From the sequence record LC494302.1: a DNA stretch of 64,000 nt, one strand, 5' to 3'. The notes beneath the pieces are model-generated. The model made no database searches. It saw only the letters and a program-made list of their open reading frames with translations, and was not told the DNA's origin. Below are positions 52,856 through 63,019 of the stretch, in pieces. The position numbers were made by a program, and so were the translations under genes. Position 1 is the first letter of the stretch. Every line of letters begins with the position of its first letter.

Positions 52856-53337
52856 TTACTACAGAATATGATTACTATGGTGTTTTAGAATTTACAGAAA
52901 ATATCTATCGCATTGCAAAGGAGTTCAGAAGTCCTAAGCCTTTTGGTGGAATGCCTTTTGGTGGTATGTTTCAATACGATGAGTTCAGTTCATCTAAAGG
53001 AAGACTAGCATTTACTAATGGTAGAGGTAATCAAATCTACGCGGAGTACTTTGATGATAATGACTTTCATTACAAAGCCGAATACATTTCATATTGCCCT
53101 GGGTCTGATTTGAAGATTAATATTGATACATTTAGAGAAGCAGTATTTGTTCCGTATAATGATTTAGTCTTCATGTCAGAGGAAATGTACTTTCAGGGTT
53201 CTTGTATTCATGATGTAAAAGTACTTAATGCTATGTTATTTTATGGTGCACTACTTAATCATTACAAATACAATCAACGATTCTTTTTAGATTTAGCAGT
53301 CTACTATAAATGCGTGGATTATTTGAATGCAAAATAA
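52852..53337 (+). CDS. family C protein
   Basis: SEEMYFQGSCIHD. Confidence 0.85.
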   Translation: MITTEYDYYGVLEFTENIYRIAKEFRSPKPFGGMPFGGMFQYDEFSSSKGRLAFTNGRGNQIYAEYFDDNDFHYKAEYISYCPGSDLKINIDTFREAVFVPYNDLVFMSEEMYFQGSCIHDVKVLNAMLFYGALLNHYKYNQRFFLDLAVYYKCVDYLNAK

Positions 53338-53689
53338 GAAAACAATTCAGTACATGACGGATGGCAATGAATGCTTTGCTTCAAGATATGAATTCAACAA
53401 GAACCATTTCGTAACCTATATCCCTGAATATAATCAGTTTTATCTACAGATTTACCAAAATGATTCATATATGAATGAGATATATTCTGAAATAAAAATC
53501 CCGGATTATAGTACTTTATCAGAAGAGGAATTGTTTCAGCAGAGCACTATCAGTACTGAAGATGTGTATGAAATAATGGAATACCAGAAGGTACTTAAAT
53601 ATTTCCATGAAGTTCAGGATATACAAATGGATAGTGTTAAAGCGTGGAATTATAACACATACGAGGTAAATTATGTTCGAAATGATTAA
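53327..53689 (+). CDS. family C protein (short type)
   Basis: DYSTLSEEELFQQSTIS. Confidence 0.85.
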   Translation: MQNKKTIQYMTDGNECFASRYEFNKNHFVTYIPEYNQFYLQIYQNDSYMNEIYSEIKIPDYSTLSEEELFQQSTISTEDVYEIMEYQKVLKYFHEVQDIQMDSVKAWNYNTYEVNYVRND

Positions 53690-54086
53690 AATTATGCAAC
53701 GATGTATTGTAGACCAACACGGGATATATGGATATCGTTTAAGTGCTCCTATTGACAAAAATAAAACAACCTATGTAAGCTATAATGCTGTACAAGGATT
53801 TGATATATTCATTGATGCCAACAATAAAATCAAACAAGCTAAGGATGTGTCTATAATGACCCCTGATGAGTTATTTCAGTACAGCTTAGTCTTTCCTACA
53901 TGTATCGATTTACAACGTCTAGGAGCGATACAGAAGGTTTTACGCGAACATAAAGTACAACCCAATAAAGTCACACACATTCCAGAAACAATCTTCAAAA
54001 CCATAGAAGTAGAAACTCCTGATTATATGTTAAGTGATGATGAGTACTACGAGAAACACTTCCCTGGTAAAGTTTGGAGAGACTAA
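53673..54086 (+). CDS. family C protein (short type)
   Basis: TPDELFQYSLVFP. Confidence 0.85.
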   Translation: MFEMIKIMQRCIVDQHGIYGYRLSAPIDKNKTTYVSYNAVQGFDIFIDANNKIKQAKDVSIMTPDELFQYSLVFPTCIDLQRLGAIQKVLREHKVQPNKVTHIPETIFKTIEVETPDYMLSDDEYYEKHFPGKVWRD

Positions 54087-54568
54087 TGAACCGAAAGTAC
54101 AGAGAAACTATGAAGTTCGCTAAGGAGTGTTTAGAGACATTTGATTTCATTTTCGATAACAAAGACTCACTGGGTCATCACTTCGTAATTACAAAGAAAG
54201 AAGATAAGAGATACAAGTGTGAAAGATTAGGATACAGTATTGAGTTCTCCTTAATGATTGATGGAATGATAAACTCCTTATATGAATGTGGTAAGACTGA
54301 TTACCTTTCATTTAGATCATGGAGTGAAGGTATCATGTTCTTGAGAACAAATGGAGTTTTATATCCGTTTCTTGATGATTTATCAGAAGAAAGTTACTTT
54401 CAAAATAGTTTAATTTACACAGAAAAAGAACTCAAGATGCTATTCATTATGTCGTACTTTAAAAAGTACTGCAATTTTAAATCATTATCTTTTGAGATCT
54501 CTGCAATGAAAGTATTCATTAAAAATGTAAAAGAATTAAAGAGGATTTACGATGTACATAGAAAATGA
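54086..54568 (+). CDS. family C protein
   Basis: SEESYFQNSLIYT; ATG 54086 after GGAG. Confidence 0.85.
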   Translation: MNRKYRETMKFAKECLETFDFIFDNKDSLGHHFVITKKEDKRYKCERLGYSIEFSLMIDGMINSLYECGKTDYLSFRSWSEGIMFLRTNGVLYPFLDDLSEESYFQNSLIYTEKELKMLFIMSYFKKYCNFKSLSFEISAMKVFIKNVKELKRIYDVHRK

Positions 54569-55094
54569 TAATGTAAAATGCATTGCCGACATTTGTATAA
54601 AATTAATGAAAATTTTCATTAACCCAAAATACAAGACTCGTTCTTTACGTCATAATATTGATGAGCATTGTACCATTAATATACTAGGTAGTATTCTTGA
54701 TGTAAAATATGATGGTAAAATGTTATTCGGTATAAGAGAAGAGAAGATAGATGATGCATTCTTTTCTTCTAAAGATAAATTTGAACCTTCTGATTATAAA
54801 GTGATTATTCGTGATGATAGCATCTATATTAGTAGTGATTATTCAAATTACTTCGATAAAATATACACTGAAAACGTTGACTACCATTATGAAATGATTG
54901 ATTTACCAGTAACAGACATTGATATGGAGAGAATCAAATTTTCATTATCAGATAATGAGTACTTAGGTATACAAACATATTATTCACTACAAGGAAAGAT
55001 TCCACCTGCTATGTATATAAGGATTGAGATTGGTAATGTATTCAATGATAAGGTTATATCAATTGCTGATAAAATATTGAGGGTTGAATTATGA
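54552..55094 (+). CDS. family C-like protein (degenerate motif)
   Basis: DMERIKFSLSD at the equivalent position. Confidence 0.8.
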   Translation: MYIENDNVKCIADICIKLMKIFINPKYKTRSLRHNIDEHCTINILGSILDVKYDGKMLFGIREEKIDDAFFSSKDKFEPSDYKVIIRDDSIYISSDYSNYFDKIYTENVDYHYEMIDLPVTDIDMERIKFSLSDNEYLGIQTYYSLQGKIPPAMYIRIEIGNVFNDKVISIADKILRVEL

Positions 55095-55654
55095 ATATCA
55101 ATGATTACCAATTTCATAGGCTTGAATTTCGTCATTGTGTTGCATTTGCAAAAACATTGATGTGCATCATTGACACTCTTTCATCCAAACAATTTCGTAA
55201 GGATAATGATTTATTTCTGAAAAAAGGTCGTGTAACATCATCCGATATCAGTGTTGAACTATTTGTTGATATCAGTGTTGATACCGGAGACAGTACAAGG
55301 GTTGGTTGTATAGGTCATATTGGTACACATTGCTTCACATGGAATCCAAATACAAGTCAAGTACGAATTGATTATAGAAATTCACGTTGGGTTGATCTTA
55401 GTACTGAATCCGATTTAGAATCAGCTATGTTCCAGCTAAGTTTAATTCACAATCCTAATGAACTTCTTTACATTATTACTTTCAGTTATCTGTTACAAAA
55501 CTACGATAATCCATCAGGGTTTTTCATAGAATCGGATATAGAAGAAATTATGGAAGAGTTTCCTAGTTTAAAGGATATTCTGGTAGAAAAAGATTTCTAT
55601 GAAGACTTCAGAGATTTATACGACATGCACTTGGAGTTATTTAAGAATGGATAA
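55091..55654 (+). CDS. family C protein
   Basis: LESAMFQLSLIHN. Confidence 0.85.
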   Translation: MNINDYQFHRLEFRHCVAFAKTLMCIIDTLSSKQFRKDNDLFLKKGRVTSSDISVELFVDISVDTGDSTRVGCIGHIGTHCFTWNPNTSQVRIDYRNSRWVDLSTESDLESAMFQLSLIHNPNELLYIITFSYLLQNYDNPSGFFIESDIEEIMEEFPSLKDILVEKDFYEDFRDLYDMHLELFKNG

Positions 55655-56165
55655 AGATGATATTCTAATTAGACTAATTAAGAGTTTAATAAAGTTCTCA
55701 AATAATGATGTCGATACATACAAAGTAGGGGATATTGAATTCAAATCATTTGGTATGTACGGTGAGGACAAAACATATTATGCGTCAATGAAATTTCAAG
55801 ATTTTCACGAGATGTTAATATCGTTATCATATGAAGATGTTGATCCAAGATGGAGTTCCAGTATTTCACTATCGAGAATGGTAATTCGTAGTAAGCATCG
55901 TTACATTTCGTCAAAGAATACTCCTAACTTGATTAATATTGTGTTGAATGAAAATACCAATCCTATATCTAAACTTGATATCGTACCGTTAACCGATGAA
56001 GTACTTTTTCAATTGAGTACCATTTGTGATGAAGATGTGATATCATGTATGAAAATTTATGAGACGGTTGGGAGTGATATTCACATGAACTATTACCTAA
56101 CGATAGATGGAACATACCTCAGAGATGAAGCTCTAGCGTACATTGACAGTGTTTTACCAAAATAA
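55647..56165 (+). CDS. family C protein
   Basis: TDEVLFQLSTICD; ATG 55647 after GGAG. Confidence 0.85.
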   Translation: MDKDDILIRLIKSLIKFSNNDVDTYKVGDIEFKSFGMYGEDKTYYASMKFQDFHEMLISLSYEDVDPRWSSSISLSRMVIRSKHRYISSKNTPNLINIVLNENTNPISKLDIVPLTDEVLFQLSTICDEDVISCMKIYETVGSDIHMNYYLTIDGTYLRDEALAYIDSVLPK

Positions 56166-56185
56166 AGACCCTTATGGGTCTTTTT
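56164..56185 (+). terminator. intrinsic terminator
   Basis: AAAGACCC-TTAT-GGGTCTTTTT. Confidence 0.8.
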
Positions 56186-56196
56186 GTGTTTATGTC

Positions 56197-56225
56197 TTTA
56201 CAGTAGCATTCAGATGTGTTATAAT
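56197..56225 (+). promoter_or_regulatory. sigma70-type promoter
   Basis: TTTACA-N17-TATAAT. Confidence 0.7.
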
Positions 56226-56252
56226 CACTTTTAATAGAGGATAGGAGAAGAT

Positions 56253-56819
56253 ATGAGTACTGAATTAATTAAAGAAGTTACCTTACTTCTGAAGCATTGT
56301 TTTAAGTTCATTCCTGATACTGGTTCACGCCAGTACATTAAAGTTAATGAGAAATATAACATCAATATCCTTGTATCTGAAACTGCGAGCAGTTATGCTA
56401 ACATTGAGTTGGATTCTGAAGAAAAATATACAGTATTACAAATCATAGCAGATGTACAACGTAAACAAGATTACCGTTCTTCATTTTACAACGATTATCT
56501 GTGTGTTTGCTCAAACTTCAGTGAGAATAAAATTGTGTATAAGAATTTATACACACATGAAGTGATTGATACATATAATTATAAAATTTCATCTGATGAA
56601 TACAATGTGCTAATGTTCAACGCAAACCTTTTGTATGATGCCAGTACTGTACGCTGTTTAGAGTTAGCATATAAAATTCCAAAGATCATGGAAAGAAAAG
56701 ATTTGATTCACTTTAAAACTATTTTAAAATACAGTACAAAAGAATTAGAGGATTTAGTACAGGCTCTTAAGAATTTCATTAATGAACATGTACCTGTTAA
56801 ATTCGAGGATGCACAATGA
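56253..56819 (+). CDS. family C-like protein (degenerate motif)
   Basis: YNVLMFNANLLYD; SD AGGAG. Confidence 0.85.
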   Translation: MSTELIKEVTLLLKHCFKFIPDTGSRQYIKVNEKYNINILVSETASSYANIELDSEEKYTVLQIIADVQRKQDYRSSFYNDYLCVCSNFSENKIVYKNLYTHEVIDTYNYKISSDEYNVLMFNANLLYDASTVRCLELAYKIPKIMERKDLIHFKTILKYSTKELEDLVQALKNFINEHVPVKFEDAQ

Positions 56820-57400
56820 ACCATATCAGAACTAAAATTTTGAGACTCATGCATGACATTGCAGAACTTTCAGAGATTCATGACATTACAGAAATTGTTG
56901 AATTTGATGATTATCGACTGAAAATTGAAAACAAATCCAAACATCGTTTTGGATCAGTTCAGTTGGATGTATATAAAACTTATGAATTTTCTAAAAAAAT
57001 TAAAAGTTCATGGGATACGATTACTATGTACATTCGCACATCCAGAAATCGTGAACGTATTGGTTCTATTTCTTCTAATATGGTATTTGCGAATGCATTA
57101 CATGAAAAAATGAATAAAATTGTAGAATCTGATTTCAGTGAAGATGATGGTTTTATTGGGTTGGATGTTCCACCAGAATTAGACCAAAGTGAAGATATTC
57201 GAGATGCATTCATTTTCCAGAAATCATTGTTGGACAATTACAAAGAATTCGAGTACTTAATGCTTTGTTACGATACTGCAAAAGTTCTTGATTGTGGTGA
57301 ACTAGTTATGTACAATGATTTTATCAATTACAAGACTGATGTTCTGAATACACTACTTCAAAATATAGAATCGGTTAAGGAAAAATATGAACGCTTATAG
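56816..57400 (+). CDS. family C protein
   Basis: RDAFIFQKSLLD. Confidence 0.85.
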   Translation: MNHIRTKILRLMHDIAELSEIHDITEIVEFDDYRLKIENKSKHRFGSVQLDVYKTYEFSKKIKSSWDTITMYIRTSRNRERIGSISSNMVFANALHEKMNKIVESDFSEDDGFIGLDVPPELDQSEDIRDAFIFQKSLLDNYKEFEYLMLCYDTAKVLDCGELVMYNDFINYKTDVLNTLLQNIESVKEKYERL

Positions 57401-57965
57401 TTATATGACAGAACGCCATCAGTTATTATATGATATCAGTACAAAAATGTTATCAATTGTTAGTAGTGCAAAAGAAATTGAAAAACAATACCTCATCCGT
57501 GATGTAGCAATTTCATCTAAATGTTGGTCCAATGAATATTACGATCACGGTATTCTTACTATTTCTGGGGCTAGAAATATTTGTATTGTAAAAAATAAAA
57601 ATAAAAGTAATGAAGAGTGTGAGATTATAACCGATATACAAATTAAGGATGATGGAAGTTTTTCACACCACCCATTCCATATTAGTACTATTGGTGTTTT
57701 ATATAATATTAAAGTACTATTCGGTGATGAAGAGTATGTGTTAAAATCTATCAATCCAGAATCAAGTACAGTTGAAGAAGAACTGTTCCAGATGAGCACT
57801 GTTATACCTGAAGAGGTTCTTAGTACTGTTATTTTTTGTAGTTTAATTTATCATGAATACAAAAAGTACCAGTTCGATTTCCACATGTTAGGAACATACA
57901 TCTTCAATAATTTGAATGTAGATCGTTTAACAGCATTAAATGCAGCAATGGATAAGGTGCTATAA
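57387..57965 (+). CDS. family C protein
   Basis: VEEELFQMSTVIP. Confidence 0.85.
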   Translation: MNAYSYMTERHQLLYDISTKMLSIVSSAKEIEKQYLIRDVAISSKCWSNEYYDHGILTISGARNICIVKNKNKSNEECEIITDIQIKDDGSFSHHPFHISTIGVLYNIKVLFGDEEYVLKSINPESSTVEEELFQMSTVIPEEVLSTVIFCSLIYHEYKKYQFDFHMLGTYIFNNLNVDRLTALNAAMDKVL

Positions 57966-58393
57966 TGACAAGAGATGATTGTTTGTACATATGGGATATA
58001 ATTGAAACTACACTTTCAAATCCAGAAAATTATAAAACAAAAAAAAGACAACGACACAAAATATGGATAGATTTGTTCGTTGAGGGCATACACGCAGTGA
58101 CTATTTGGGATTCACCGAGGGCATCATCATCTACTCTGTTGGACAATGAATGCATTGATTGCATTAATTCCACTTTTCATCTCTACGGTACTACAATTTT
58201 TGGTACATTTCTGGATATTGAAAGTAAAGATGATATTGATTCACTTGCGTTACAATACCAAGTACTATATAATACTAAATTAATTTACGATTTAGTACTA
58301 GCTTCTTATGTGTATAAATTAATGATGAAATATAATCATATTTCTGTTTCAGTTTATACTAAGGATATTCTTTCATTAAGAGACAAAACATGA
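57965..58393 (+). CDS. family C-like protein (degenerate motif)
   Basis: IDSLALQYQVLYN. Confidence 0.8.
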   Translation: MTRDDCLYIWDIIETTLSNPENYKTKKRQRHKIWIDLFVEGIHAVTIWDSPRASSSTLLDNECIDCINSTFHLYGTTIFGTFLDIESKDDIDSLALQYQVLYNTKLIYDLVLASYVYKLMMKYNHISVSVYTKDILSLRDKT

Positions 58394-58899
58394 GTTTATT
58401 AAATGCACGCGAATTGGTTGAGATGTATGAGATTTTGTCTTCATATAAAAATTCTCCAAAAGATGTAATTCTAAACAAAAAGTTCCATGTCAGTGTTGAA
58501 CATATAACAAATATAGATATGATTTCTTTGGTGGAAAGTAATAAGTCAGGTCTGGAGCGTGATATCATGCGTTTGATTTATATTCCTAAACCATCATATA
58601 CTAATGATAGTACTATTAGCAATGAGACATTCATGTATAGTCCTGGTACGGATTCTACTATAGTATCGCTGTCCAATAAATCAATGGATACTTTCCAATT
58701 CATCTATACCAGTACTGATAACATTGAAGAAATTGAATTTCAAAACAATACATTAAGTCCATGTAGTAGTGTTATAACCTTTATGTCATATCTATGGTCA
58801 ACTAAAACAAGTGCTGTTGTATATAGTTCAAATTATACACAAGATAGTATTGTTGAATCATATAAAGTTCTAAAGGAATACTATGAAAATAACAAATGA
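58390..58899 (+). CDS. family C protein
   Basis: IEEIEFQNNTLS. Confidence 0.8.
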   Translation: MSLLNARELVEMYEILSSYKNSPKDVILNKKFHVSVEHITNIDMISLVESNKSGLERDIMRLIYIPKPSYTNDSTISNETFMYSPGTDSTIVSLSNKSMDTFQFIYTSTDNIEEIEFQNNTLSPCSSVITFMSYLWSTKTSAVVYSSNYTQDSIVESYKVLKEYYENNK

Positions 58900-59464
58900 T
58901 TTTATTAAAAGTGTAGTACACCCTATGCTTAGTATTATGAAAAAAATACAGAATCTACCGGAAGATAACGATTACAAGTTTAATCGTTTTGATTCAGATG
59001 TGTTTTGTATTGAAATTGAAATTAATAACAATCGTAATTTACATTTAAAATTCAAAGAATCTTCGAGTCCGTACTACAACTTTGATATGAATTTTAAAAT
59101 AGATACTGACATTGAAGAAAACGTAATATCAAATCATACTAGCAAAAATGGTTTTATGCATAGAACTACTATGTACAATAATAAAAATAGTATTATATCT
59201 AAATGGAATCAACAATTCACTAAAATTTGTGAAATTGAATATAATGATTTTGGTAAAGAACATTACTTTCAGTTAAGTACAATTCATGAACTTCCACCAT
59301 ATGATTATGTTAAAACATGGTTTGATATTCATAATATAATTGATGATGCAATCAAACTTCCATTTGGTGTGTCAATATCATATACTGCTCCTAAAACATT
59401 TGTTTTTACTGAAGATATGATTATGAAAAAGATATGGGCAATCATCCCACTTATGATGGATTAA
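58883..59464 (+). CDS. family C protein
   Basis: GKEHYFQLSTIHE. Confidence 0.85.
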   Translation: MKITNDFIKSVVHPMLSIMKKIQNLPEDNDYKFNRFDSDVFCIEIEINNNRNLHLKFKESSSPYYNFDMNFKIDTDIEENVISNHTSKNGFMHRTTMYNNKNSIISKWNQQFTKICEIEYNDFGKEHYFQLSTIHELPPYDYVKTWFDIHNIIDDAIKLPFGVSISYTAPKTFVFTEDMIMKKIWAIIPLMMD

Positions 59465-59470
59465 ATTTGT

Positions 59471-59507
59471 ACCAGGGGTTGACTCTGGTTTTTTTGTATG
59501 ATACATT
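59471..59507 (+). terminator. terminator overlapping a possible promoter
   Basis: ACCAGGG-GTTGA-CTCTGGT then T run; contains TTGACT-N17-TACATT. Confidence 0.6.
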
Positions 59508-59525
59508 GTTCTCAAGGAGAATTTT

Positions 59526-60077
59526 ATGAACTACAATCATGATCTTTTTACATTATGTGCATCCAAATGTGTTGAAGGATGGGCAGATAAAATCAATATC
59601 ATAATTCATCGATATCTCGTCTTTAGTTCCCGTGCACGAAGTGAGGGGGCTATGGATTTCAAATATACACTATCTATTGATGGTGTAACTATCCATGCAG
59701 ACGAAGAACGTCTGAACATTAATTTGTATGATTCCTGTGTATTTGCTATTCACCAAAAGATGGGGAAAGGATGGGGTTGTAATAACATTAACTCCAAAGC
59801 TATCTTTTGGGTTGGTCACCATCAGACAGTACTTGATCCTTCAATCAAATCTAATCTTTTATCCGATAATATGGTTTATGATTTATTGTACTCCGAAGAA
59901 CAACATTTTCAGTTAAGTACATTGCATGTTCTGGCACAGTACGAGGATTGTTACAAAACATTAGAACTATGCCATTCCCTTGAACTTAAAGATAAATTAA
60001 TACAAGTTTACCCTTCATTCTTTCATGAAGAAGTCCAAAGTACACTAGATCATATTTTATATGGATACGATAAATGA
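59526..60077 (+). CDS. family C protein
   Basis: SEEQHFQLSTLHV; SD AAGGAG. Confidence 0.85.
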   Translation: MNYNHDLFTLCASKCVEGWADKINIIIHRYLVFSSRARSEGAMDFKYTLSIDGVTIHADEERLNINLYDSCVFAIHQKMGKGWGCNNINSKAIFWVGHHQTVLDPSIKSNLLSDNMVYDLLYSEEQHFQLSTLHVLAQYEDCYKTLELCHSLELKDKLIQVYPSFFHEEVQSTLDHILYGYDK

Positions 60078-60676
60078 GAAAAAGTTATCAAGAAGCTATT
60101 GACTTAATTCGTGAAGTTATCAAGGTGGCTCCTGCTGCTATTGAGTTCAAGAAGTCCATATACAAGAAGTATGGGTCAATGTCGAGTATGTGCTTTCAAA
60201 AGAAACGTAGAGCATTCACTACCCAGTACTGGAATGATTCTATCATCCTGAGCAATGAGACTCAGCGTATTTTAACACTAGAATCTGAACCTAATGAGTA
60301 CGGGGAAGGAAACATTTGTGTACCTGATTATGATGAAATTAACTTCAACTGCGGTGATTTTGAAACAACATTATTACTTCATGAGGGTTATCCAGAAGGT
60401 GATGTATTAGCTGAATACAATCCAAAAACTAAAATTCTCAAAAGAGGAATTCAGTTCACTATTAATAACAAAGATGATGTTGAAGCAGCACTGATGCAAC
60501 TGAGTACAAGTGAACCTATCACTATTAGTGTAGAAGAGTTATGGGGAATTATTTCAGTACTCAATGAGTGCTATAAAGTAAAATCATTGCGTAATCACAC
60601 CCTTATATTGCATACTAATATGGCAAATATAAAATGTAAGCACATTCAAGAAATGGTGGTTCCAGATGGACTTTAA
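60074..60676 (+). CDS. family C protein
   Basis: VEAALMQLSTSE. Confidence 0.8.
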   Translation: MRKSYQEAIDLIREVIKVAPAAIEFKKSIYKKYGSMSSMCFQKKRRAFTTQYWNDSIILSNETQRILTLESEPNEYGEGNICVPDYDEINFNCGDFETTLLLHEGYPEGDVLAEYNPKTKILKRGIQFTINNKDDVEAALMQLSTSEPITISVEELWGIISVLNECYKVKSLRNHTLILHTNMANIKCKHIQEMVVPDGL

Positions 60677-61250
60677 AGAAATTGAAAGTAAATTAAAGTA
60701 CTTCAAAGATATCAAACTTCTTTGGGAAAAGTATAAAATTGATTACAATTTCAGTGATGATGAGACAATAAAATACATTGAGATTAATATCAAAATCAAG
60801 TTCAAGAATAATAATTATGGTGAAGTAAGCTTAAATCATGCTGGTATATCACTCAAGGACTATGATGGTTCAACACTCGCATATTTCGACTTCACACCAG
60901 AACCAGGTGAAACACTACTTAGTGAGATAAATTCCTATGACATGGAAGTGTTCGGCGGGAATCCGTTACTGTTCCGACTTTCTGAAGAGTGGAGTGAAGA
61001 ATACTACACTTACAAAGATGGTGTAGTACTTGACATTCATGGAGAAGTTGTGAATGACTTGGAAGAACGTTTGTTCCAAGAATTGTGTGTTTCAAATACT
61101 TCATATGCATACAATCATATCCTTGACATGTTTGATTTATATAGTAAAATAGATGCTGAAATGAATGCACATGGTATTCATTACCTTACAATTAACGACT
61201 ATGCTCAACTCGAAACCGCTGTGAAAGCATTGACTAAAGTACTGAAATAG
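60666..61250 (+). CDS. family C protein
   Basis: LEERLFQELCVS. Confidence 0.8.
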   Translation: MDFKEIESKLKYFKDIKLLWEKYKIDYNFSDDETIKYIEINIKIKFKNNNYGEVSLNHAGISLKDYDGSTLAYFDFTPEPGETLLSEINSYDMEVFGGNPLLFRLSEEWSEEYYTYKDGVVLDIHGEVVNDLEERLFQELCVSNTSYAYNHILDMFDLYSKIDAEMNAHGIHYLTINDYAQLETAVKALTKVLK

Positions 61251-61259
61251 GAATGAAAT

Positions 61260-61673
61260 ATGAAACTGTATCATGCGAGTACTGTAAAAATTGATAACTT
61301 TTATATCCCGTATGGTGGCCTTCATATGGGAGGTAAACACAGTGCTTTAGAAGCTGCCTTACGCAAGCTGAGAAGCCCACTAAACGTTGTTGACGCATGT
61401 ACAGTATACTTGCATACCTTAGAAGTTGATGTTGATAACGTGCTTCTGTGTGAAGATTTAGGCAGTGATGATGAGTGGCGTTCACTTATTGAGAATTGCA
61501 CGGCTCAAGGTTATGATGCTGTTCAGTACAAAAATGATTACGAGCCAGACAATGTTCCTAGCTTTATGATTTGGGATACATCTAAAATTCGTATTATTGA
61601 AGTTGATGCGATGCATATGGATGAAGCTGAAATGATCATCGAAGATTTCCTTGATGAATATGAAGGTGTATAA
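61260..61673 (+). CDS. ADP-ribosyltransferase-like fold protein
   Basis: KLYHAS...GLHMG...SALEAA...GYDAVQYKNDYE...SFMIWDTSKI; layout of small phage/polyvalent ART-like domains (by eye). Confidence 0.55.
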   Translation: MKLYHASTVKIDNFYIPYGGLHMGGKHSALEAALRKLRSPLNVVDACTVYLHTLEVDVDNVLLCEDLGSDDEWRSLIENCTAQGYDAVQYKNDYEPDNVPSFMIWDTSKIRIIEVDAMHMDEAEMIIEDFLDEYEGV

Positions 61674-62191
61674 TGATTGAACCTATGACAGTACTAGCAC
61701 GTACTAAATTATTATTGAAGATTGCTGAAATATTCACTGTTCTTATGTACAATAATCAAGACATAACTGACTTAGGTATTAAGCAACCGTGGCAAATTAC
61801 AAAGTTCACGGCGTTCCACCGATTGTCATATAATGGTGAAACTGTTCTTGATTTTAATCCAAAAGCCACGTTCGTGAATTACGCTGCATTATATGGATGT
61901 AATGGTGGATTAACAAATGACTTCACTGAAATAAAAGTACAATCAGAATCATTAGAATTTAATGACTTAATATATCCAGAATTTAAGTTAACAGAAGAAA
62001 CACTATTTCAGTACTCACTAATTATAAAAGATGTATATGATCTTGAGTACTACAAAGAGTTAGTAGATATTTTTAAGAATACTCGACTTTCAAAAGATAT
62101 TGTGATATTCTGGTATGTTGAGTATGTTACAGAGGAATTGCTAGAAGAATTTCTTCTAAATATGACAGCTATAAAGGAGAAGTTATGTTAG
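61673..62191 (+). CDS. family C protein
   Basis: TEETLFQYSLII. Confidence 0.85.
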   Translation: MIEPMTVLARTKLLLKIAEIFTVLMYNNQDITDLGIKQPWQITKFTAFHRLSYNGETVLDFNPKATFVNYAALYGCNGGLTNDFTEIKVQSESLEFNDLIYPEFKLTEETLFQYSLIIKDVYDLEYYKELVDIFKNTRLSKDIVIFWYVEYVTEELLEEFLLNMTAIKEKLC

Positions 62192-62658
62192 ATATTTTAG
62201 GAAACATCGACACTGCAAATTATTTTATTCAAGATGCATTGTTTAATACAGTACAACAAGGTTTAGAAGTTCACCACAATGTTTATCAGGGTGATGGATA
62301 TTTTGTTGATATTATCGAGACACGTAAAAATACATTTAATGTTAACATTACGACGCTTGGAAGACAGAACATTGCACGAATTTTAGTAAGTAAAGATGAA
62401 ATAGTACTGAGATACAGTGCTAAGTTTATGTTGACTTATAAGAAAAAAACTGATATGTTCAGTACTAATTTATTTGATGAGCCATTTGACCTTGAAGATA
62501 TTGAAGCTACTTTCTTTACTCAAAGTACTATGGTAAAATACACTGATGTTCAATTTTCTGCTGATGTAATGTCAGAAACATTACAAATGATCAAGGTATT
62601 ATTTTATGCATTTGAGCAATTTAGAGAAGAAAGAAACAAGGTTAACAACCACAGATGA
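62185..62658 (+). CDS. family C protein
   Basis: IEATFFTQSTMV. Confidence 0.8.
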   Translation: MLDILGNIDTANYFIQDALFNTVQQGLEVHHNVYQGDGYFVDIIETRKNTFNVNITTLGRQNIARILVSKDEIVLRYSAKFMLTYKKKTDMFSTNLFDEPFDLEDIEATFFTQSTMVKYTDVQFSADVMSETLQMIKVLFYAFEQFREERNKVNNHR

Positions 62659-63019
62659 ACTAATAGAGGCGATCACTAAGGAGTCAAAATACCATAAAGG
62701 GATTCGTCTATACTTTATAGATACTGGTTCGATGGAAGGTACATACATTTATGGTTCACAATCGTTGTCTTATGATGCAATGCCAAATAAACATGTTAAA
62801 ATCTTTTTAGGTTCAAGTAATAAAACTTTCTTGACAATTAATGATAAAAACGTTATTATGAATTCGTTGGGTCATGATAAGGTGGAAATTGATCTAAACA
62901 CGCTGGAGGATATTGATTTTTTTCAATACGAGTGTTTAGGTGTTGACTTACATGGCATTAGTAGCGATATGATAAAATCATTAATCAAATATTTCGAAGG
63001 TGTTCATAAATGTATCTAA
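62606..63019 (+). CDS. family C protein (start uncertain)
   Basis: LEDIDFFQYECL. Confidence 0.75.
   Translation: MHLSNLEKKETRLTTTDELIEAITKESKYHKGIRLYFIDTGSMEGTYIYGSQSLSYDAMPNKHVKIFLGSSNKTFLTINDKNVIMNSLGHDKVEIDLNTLEDIDFFQYECLGVDLHGISSDMIKSLIKYFEGVHKCI

Noticed and set aside
30166-61485. Numerous short minus-strand and alternate-frame ORFs within the family B/C arrays
   Set aside because: They fully overlap well-supported, motif-bearing plus-strand genes.
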